A DNA stretch of 36,902 nucleotides from Dehalococcoidia bacterium (GTDB lineage Bacteria; Chloroflexota; Dehalococcoidia; SZUA-161). The translations under genes were made by a program, and so were the position numbers. Under the pieces are notes generated by a model. That model made no database searches, was not told the origin of the DNA, and was given only the letters and a program-made list of their open reading frames with translations. The stretch lies in contig JACUUS010000003.1 in NCBI GenBank assembly GCA_014859215.1, positions 1 through 36,902 on the forward strand, written 5' to 3'. Shown here piece by piece: positions 31,852-36,902 of the stretch (positions are counted from its first letter, which is position 1; each line of letters begins with the position of its first letter).

Positions 31852-31908
31852 ATAAGTAAACGCTAATAAGCTTAACAGGATCATAGCCCGGGTGAGGCTG
31901 TGAGTCAA
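31851..31908 (-). promoter_or_regulatory. ArsR promoter and candidate operator
   Basis: TTGACT (31908-31903), 17 nt, TATGAT (31885-31880). Imperfect palindrome TATAAGTAAACGCTAATA (31851-31868) abuts the start codon. Confidence 0.7.
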
Positions 31909-32092
31909 GGGATGATGGGCATAACACGAAGAGAGCGGGGGCAATTTCTCTGTCGCACGAGGACGCGATTACCAGCCTTACAGCGAAGGGCTTCTTCCGG
32001 GACGTGAAGCGGGGGTTAGATCGGCGACTTGCTCCCCGGAAATCAGGGTGCCGCCTGGCCGACAGGTGAGCCGGGATTGGTTATGAGAGGTC

Positions 32093-32124
32093 AAGGGGGG
32101 AGGCTCAAACGAGCCTCCCCCCTT
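32093..32124 (-). terminator. Strong hairpin downstream of the secreted-protein gene
   Basis: Perfect 14-bp stem AAGGGGGGAGGCTC-AAAC-GAGCCTCCCCCCTT; U-tract is short. Confidence 0.7.
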
Positions 32125-32152
32125 CCTTGGCCTGTCGTCTTTCAGCAAAAGC

Positions 32153-32905
32153 TTATGAAACGACAAACCATAACTCGTTATTGTTTACCTGGTCCAGCAG
32201 GTCTTTCCAGTACTCCTGCTCGGCTCTTGTATCCGGGTCATTTTCGTCAAGACCAAGCGCATCCTGAGCGCCATCCACGATTCCTACTATGCTCATGGTT
32301 TCTCCGGTTGCGAGATCCACCCACACGAGCTGGTCAGGGCACACAAAACCGGCGGCGATGTTCAGCAAGGTTGCGCTAAGCTGGGCTTCCAGCATTACCG
32401 ACATGTCCCTGGCCCTGGCATTTCTGGCAAGGTCCTTGTTTACGGGAATGGTCGTGTTGCCTGCGTCCAGCAATTCTTCCCACAGAGCCTGGCCGTTCTT
32501 GTTGCTCCAGAATCCGATACTATTGCCGCCCATGGCCTCTTCCACAGCCTGGTAGTTAGCCGTTATATTGCCCCCACCTGTTTCAACCGTTATTGTCTGG
32601 CCTTGAGCGGTGGACAGCCCTGCGGTTGCCACCCACACATACAGACTTTCATTGCCTGCCAGTGGAGAATGGAACGCAAAGGTGACCGCCTCACCCACGG
32701 GTGCGGTGACAGTCACGGACAGATTGCCGACGGCGTAGTCAATGCCGTCAACTGTAAGTACGGTGCCGGTGAAGTCAGTGCCTACTCCAGTCTGGTCGAA
32801 TATGATATCGACTATCTCGGGTTCGTCTGCGAAGGCCGCTGCAGCCCCAATGGACAGGGCGGCCACCAGCAGGACTGTCAAGAATAGGGGTGTTACGCGT
32901 TTCAA
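32153..32905 (-). CDS. Secreted protein with a beta-rich N-domain and a GFWxN-motif helical C-domain
   Basis: TTG 32905 after GGGAGG gives the signal peptide MKRVTPLFL...AAAFA-D. C-terminal part contains SIGFWSNKNG and LEAQLSATLLN. Confidence 0.82.
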   Translation of the reverse strand: MKRVTPLFLTVLLVAALSIGAAAAFADEPEIVDIIFDQTGVGTDFTGTVLTVDGIDYAVGNLSVTVTAPVGEAVTFAFHSPLAGNESLYVWVATAGLSTAQGQTITVETGGGNITANYQAVEEAMGGNSIGFWSNKNGQALWEELLDAGNTTIPVNKDLARNARARDMSVMLEAQLSATLLNIAAGFVCPDQLVWVDLATGETMSIVGIVDGAQDALGLDENDPDTRAEQEYWKDLLDQVNNNELWFVVS

Positions 32906-33318
32906 GTTTTTCCTCCCTCTTTTTCTTTTGGCTAGCCGACGGGAGCTATCCATAGTCCATGTTCACCTCCGTATCAAATAGTCAGTCGAACTCTAATCGG
33001 CGGCAAACATGGGAACAATCCCTCAAAAGCACATTTGAAGGAAGGAGATAGTCGAGGTACTCCGGTAATAGTCCACCAGACATGGCAGCGCCGGATTTCG
33101 GCCCTTGCGAGAGCGCGAGAAGATGTTGACTTTCCCCCGAAGCATTCCTCTCGAACGGTTATGCCCGGGTTTCAGGTGAGGATCGTGGTAAGACTGCGCA
33201 TGGGCTGAACTAAAGGGAGGCAGCGGTGGGTCGCGGTATGAGCCGGCGGTACCGGCGCCGGGTACTGGTATGCAAACAGGTGATTGAGCGGTAGCCCGTG
33301 TAAGTCACATTCCGAAAA

Positions 33319-33428
33319 CACGTTGGAAAAGTTGAGCAAACGGAGCTTCGCCGAGCTGGTAACTCGAAGGCGGACTTGAGCAAATCACGAAGCTGCCACG
33401 TTCGGAAAACAACAAAAGTTGCTCAAGT
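33319..33428. repeat. Cluster of short direct and inverted repeats beside the tRNA 3' end
   Basis: TTGAGCAAA at 33332 and 33376. ACTTGAGCAA (33374-33383) is inverted as TTGCTCAAGT (33419-33428). CACGTT(C)GGAAAA at 33319 and 33397. Confidence 0.6.
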
Positions 33429-33454
33429 TCCAGGGGACCGGGGGAAAACAAAAG

Positions 33455-33526
33455 TGGGCCCGGCAGGGTTCGAACCTACGACCAATCGGTTATGAGCCGA
33501 CCGCTCTGCCACTGAGCTACGGGCCC
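33455..33526 (-). tRNA. tRNA with CAT anticodon, most likely tRNA-Ile2 (lysidine); CCA not encoded
   Basis: GGGCCCGTAGCTCAGTGGCAGAGCGGTCGGCTCATAACCGATTGGTCGTAGGTTCGAACCCTGCCGGGCCCA. Paired G1-C72 excludes fMet, and the CGG-CTCATAA-CCG arm resembles Ile2. TATAAT at 33542-33537. Confidence 0.93.
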
Positions 33527-33548
33527 TCGCGATCTTATTATAGTGGAT

Positions 33549-34709
33549 TTAGTCTATTAATTCTAGAATTGTGGCGGCTCCCTGCCCCATTCCGACGCAC
33601 ATCGCGGCAAGGCCGTATCTGGTGCGCCGCCGCCTCATTTCATGGACCAGCGTAGTCATGAGCCTTGCGCCTGTGCAACCCATGGGATGGCCGAGGGCCA
33701 CAGCGCCGCCATTGACATTCACTATCTCTTCATCAAGTCCGAGCTCGCGAATGCCCACCAGGGCGACTACCGCGAAGGCCTCGTTAAGCTCCGCCAGCCC
33801 GATGTCGGAAGATGTCAGGCCGGCCCGTTGCAGGACTTTCCTGGACGCCGCGACCAGTCCCAGGCCCATAAGCTTCGGGTCGACACCCGCTACCGCCATC
33901 GATACGATCCTTGCCATCGGTTTCAGGCCTGATGCCAGGCACTTCTCACGGGATGCCAGCAGCAACGCGGCGGCCCCGTCACTGGCCTGGGATGCCGTGC
34001 CCGCGGTGATAGTCCCTCCGGGACAGGCAATCGGCTCAAGCGCGCCCAGGAGCTCAAGGGTCGTGTATGGTCTCGGGTTCTGGTCGCAGTCTATTATCTC
34101 GACGCCGCATCCTCCTTCGGACGGCACCGGCACCGGGACTATTTCGTCCCTGAATCTCCCCTCGTTCTGCGCGGCCACCGCCCGCTGGTGGCTTCTCAGT
34201 GCGAACCTGTCCTGCTCTTCCCTCGATATGCCGTAGAGTTCGGCGAGGTTCTCCGCCGTGAGCCCCATTGAAGCAGCGCTCCGGTCTACGAACTCGAAGC
34301 GCCTCGGATTGAGCTCTGCCCCGGCCCCCTCCGGCAGGTGCGTCATGCTTTCGATCCCGCCGGCTATCAAGAGGTCGCCGCAGCCGGACATGATGGCCTG
34401 CGCCGCGGCGTGCGCAGCCGTCATCCCCGAAGCGCACTGCCGGTTTATGGTCTGGGCGGCGACACTAAAAGGAAGGCCCGCCATGATTCCTGTATAGCGG
34501 GCCACGTTCATTGCCTGCTCACCGCACTGGGTGGCGCAGCCGAGCAGGACGTCCTCAATTTCGCCGGGATCTACACTGGTTCGCCTGAGCAACTCACTTA
34601 GGACGATAACTCCCAGTTCGTCGGAGCGAATGTCCCTGAACCAGCCCTTGTCCGGGTGGGCCCTCCCGATGGGAGTGCGCACCGCGTCGACTATGAAAGC
34701 CTCTCGCAT
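33549..34709 (-). CDS. Thiolase (acetyl-CoA C-acyltransferase)
   Basis: RTPIGR, INRQCASG, ELNEAFA, GHPMGCTG and MCVGMGQG. Start is ATG 34709 or 34757. Confidence 0.94.
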   Translation of the reverse strand: MREAFIVDAVRTPIGRAHPDKGWFRDIRSDELGVIVLSELLRRTSVDPGEIEDVLLGCATQCGEQAMNVARYTGIMAGLPFSVAAQTINRQCASGMTAAHAAAQAIMSGCGDLLIAGGIESMTHLPEGAGAELNPRRFEFVDRSAASMGLTAENLAELYGISREEQDRFALRSHQRAVAAQNEGRFRDEIVPVPVPSEGGCGVEIIDCDQNPRPYTTLELLGALEPIACPGGTITAGTASQASDGAAALLLASREKCLASGLKPMARIVSMAVAGVDPKLMGLGLVAASRKVLQRAGLTSSDIGLAELNEAFAVVALVGIRELGLDEEIVNVNGGAVALGHPMGCTGARLMTTLVHEMRRRRTRYGLAAMCVGMGQGAATILELID

Positions 34710-34821
34710 GCACTGCGTTTCTGGGATCTGGTGAGGTCTGTTATCCGGGTTCTGCATTGTGGACAGCCTTAATTATAGCAACCGGGGATGAAGTAGCAAG
34801 CTGGACCCGAAAACGTTAGGC

Positions 34822-35754
34822 CTAGAGAGCCTGTTCGGCAAGCTTCCGGTAGTAATCCGCGGCCAGCGCTATGCCCTCTTTGAGGGAAAGACGGGAAACC
34901 CATCCAAGCTGCTCACGGGCTTTGCTGCACTCGAGGCAGATGCGGTAGACTTCTCCCTTGCGTACCGGGGCGTAGGACGGACTGCTTGGGTATGAAAGTG
35001 TGTCGGCAAGGGTGTCGAATATCTCCTGGTCGGAAGTCTCGCGGCCTGTACCTATATTGAGGATGCAGTCGTCGCCATGTTCCAGAGCGTGGACGTTGGC
35101 AGCGGCCACGTCCGAAACATGGACGTAGTCTCTTGTTTTGTTGCCAGGCCCGAAGATGACAGGCTGCTTTCCGGTCAGCATTTGTATTGCGAAGATGGCT
35201 ACCACTCCCGCCTCGCCAAACGGGTTCTGTCGCGGGCCGTAAACATTTCCATATCTCAATATAACGTACTTGAGTCCATGCAGGGTGCTGTAGAGTTGAA
35301 TGTAATGCTCGACCGTATGTTTGGACACTCCGTACTGGGAGATCGGGTTAATCGGGTGTGCCTCGTCGGCAGGGAGATAGTTTACATCCCCGTAAACAGC
35401 GCCCCCGGAGGAAGCATAGATGAAGCGACTGACATTCGCACGTACGCAGTTCGCGAGGACATTGAGGCTTCCCAGTATGTTGACTGTGGCGTCATGTACG
35501 GGGTCCTCACTCGATTTGCGCACATCGATCTGCGCAGCCTGATGATTGACTATGTCCGGCTTCTCCTCATCGAATACCGCGGCAAGGCCGTTCTCCTCGA
35601 TCCCCAACTGGTAGAATCTTGCCGCGCCGTTAAGATTTCGCCGGAAGCCGGTCGAAAGATTGTCCACAACTGCAACGTCGTGGCCGAGATTGATATAGGA
35701 GTCCACTATGTGTGAGCCGATGAAACCTGCTCCACCCGTGACAAGAATCTTCAT
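34822..35754 (-). CDS. NAD-dependent NDP-sugar epimerase (UDP-glucose 4-epimerase-like)
   Basis: MKILVTGGAGFIGSH, SSGGAVYG, YGVSK, NVYGPRQ and TRDYVHV; ATG 35754 after GGAGG. Confidence 0.92.
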   Translation of the reverse strand: MKILVTGGAGFIGSHIVDSYINLGHDVAVVDNLSTGFRRNLNGAARFYQLGIEENGLAAVFDEEKPDIVNHQAAQIDVRKSSEDPVHDATVNILGSLNVLANCVRANVSRFIYASSGGAVYGDVNYLPADEAHPINPISQYGVSKHTVEHYIQLYSTLHGLKYVILRYGNVYGPRQNPFGEAGVVAIFAIQMLTGKQPVIFGPGNKTRDYVHVSDVAAANVHALEHGDDCILNIGTGRETSDQEIFDTLADTLSYPSSPSYAPVRKGEVYRICLECSKAREQLGWVSRLSLKEGIALAADYYRKLAEQAL

Positions 35755-35771
35755 CTTCCCTTTCCTCCCAT

Positions 35772-36902
35772 CTATTCCACCGTGACGCTCTTGGCCAGGT
35801 TGCGGGGGGTATCTATCGAGCATCCTCTCTCTTTTGCGGTATAGTAAGCCAGCAGCTGGAGGACGACAGTATTCAAGACAGGAGTGAACAGAGGGTCTGT
35901 CCCGGGGACCCTGAGCACCAGGTCCACGTACTTCTCGATTTCGAAATCGTCTTCTTCGGCTATGGCGATCACGGGCGATTCCCTTGCCTTTATCTCCTTG
36001 ATATTGGCAAGAAGAGCCTCATAAGTGAGATCGCGCGCTGCGATTGCGATCACCGGTGTCTCCTGTGTCAGGAGGGCGAAGGGGCCGTGTTTCAACTCTC
36101 CGGCGGCGTATCCTTCCGCGTGGATGTAGGCAATTTCCTTGATCTTCAGCGCACCTTCGAGAGCTATCGCATAGTTTATTCCCCTGCCGACGAAGAACAC
36201 GTTCTGAAATCCCTGGAGGTAGCGGGCTGCTTTCTCCACTTCGCTCTCCCTGTCGAGCACCTCATGCACCTTATTGGGGAGCTGCCTGAGCTCAGCAATC
36301 AGCCTGGTGCGTGAGCTGATATCGCCTGAAGCACGAGAGAGGGCGAGAAGATACAGCATTGTCAACTGTGCGGTAAAGCTCTTGGTAGCAGCCACGCTTA
36401 TTTCGGGGCCGGCATTTATGTAAAGTACTTCATCCGCTACCCGCGTGGCGGTGCTCCCTACCACATTTGTGATAACGAGTGTACGGCACCCGTACTCTCT
36501 GGCTTTCCTTATCGCTTTGAGGCAGTCCGCAGTTTCGCCCGACTGGGTGACAATTATGACCCAGCAGTTTTCGATGACTGGACAGGAGTAATTGAATTCC
36601 GTGGCCATATCAACCGTGACAGGGGTTTGAATTACTCTCTCCAGGCAGTGCTTCCCTACGAGCGCCGCATGGTACGAAGTCCCGCAGGCCAGGATCAGGA
36701 TATTGTTGAAATCCGCCTCTTTGCGTAAGCCAAGGTCCACCTCGGGGTCAACCGCGGACAGGAAGCCTGCATATGTGTTGCGGATTACCCGCGGCTGTTC
36801 ATGAATTTCCTTTATCATGAAATGGTCGTACCCGGATTTCTGAGCCTCCTCCACCGTCCAGGCCACCGTATGTTCCTGGCGCGTAACCGGGGCGGAGCTG
36901 TT
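35772..36902 (-). CDS. glmS: Glutamine-fructose-6-phosphate transaminase, C-terminal part (5' end outside the window)
   Basis: FMIKEIHEQP, ACGTSYHA, QSGETAD, ALKIKEI, ELKHGP and terminal PRNLAKSVTVE. Confidence 0.97.
   Translation of the reverse strand, partial: NSSAPVTRQEHTVAWTVEEAQKSGYDHFMIKEIHEQPRVIRNTYAGFLSAVDPEVDLGLRKEADFNNILILACGTSYHAALVGKHCLERVIQTPVTVDMATEFNYSCPVIENCWVIIVTQSGETADCLKAIRKAREYGCRTLVITNVVGSTATRVADEVLYINAGPEISVAATKSFTAQLTMLYLLALSRASGDISSRTRLIAELRQLPNKVHEVLDRESEVEKAARYLQGFQNVFFVGRGINYAIALEGALKIKEIAYIHAEGYAAGELKHGPFALLTQETPVIAIAARDLTYEALLANIKEIKARESPVIAIAEEDDFEIEKYVDLVLRVPGTDPLFTPVLNTVVLQLLAYYTAKERGCSIDTPRNLAKSVTVE

Noticed and set aside
33100-33170. GGGCATAACCGTTCGAGAGGAATG (minus strand) as a c-di-GMP-I riboswitch
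   Set aside because: The GGGACGCAAAG junction and the second hairpin with its tetraloop receptor are missing; cmscan would settle it.
33419-33655. 78-aa ORF
   Set aside because: It is an antisense translation of the tRNA and the thiolase 3' end.

Overview
Mostly core bacterial chromosome. Gene content and style suggest Chloroflexota, probably Dehalococcoidia (inference, not a database result). 1-27.3 kb is housekeeping: ppsA(partial)-dgt-dnaG-rpoD, a small Zn-ribbon protein, thpR, an amidohydrolase, split transketolase, proBA, rho, transaldolase, pyrG, ligA-pth-mfd, a HAD hydrolase, nfeD-SPFH, birA, RNase P RNA and a C4 zinc-ribbon coiled-coil protein. 33.4-36.9 kb holds tRNA-Ile2(CAT), a thiolase, an NDP-sugar epimerase and partial glmS. 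The ~6 kb accessory block between them (27.4-33.4 kb) abuts the tRNA 3' end. It holds a two-gene operon of paralogous Pro/Thr-stalked membrane-anchored surface proteins, a divergent pair of small genes (one a 9-Cys metalloprotein candidate) with structured leaders, a methyltransferase, a decayed ArsR/ABC-permease locus, a secreted protein and recombinase-arm-like repeats. I saw no CRISPR array, integrase or transposase, and no single obvious novel system. The best leads are the small uncharacterised proteins, the candidate cis-regulatory RNAs and the accessory block.
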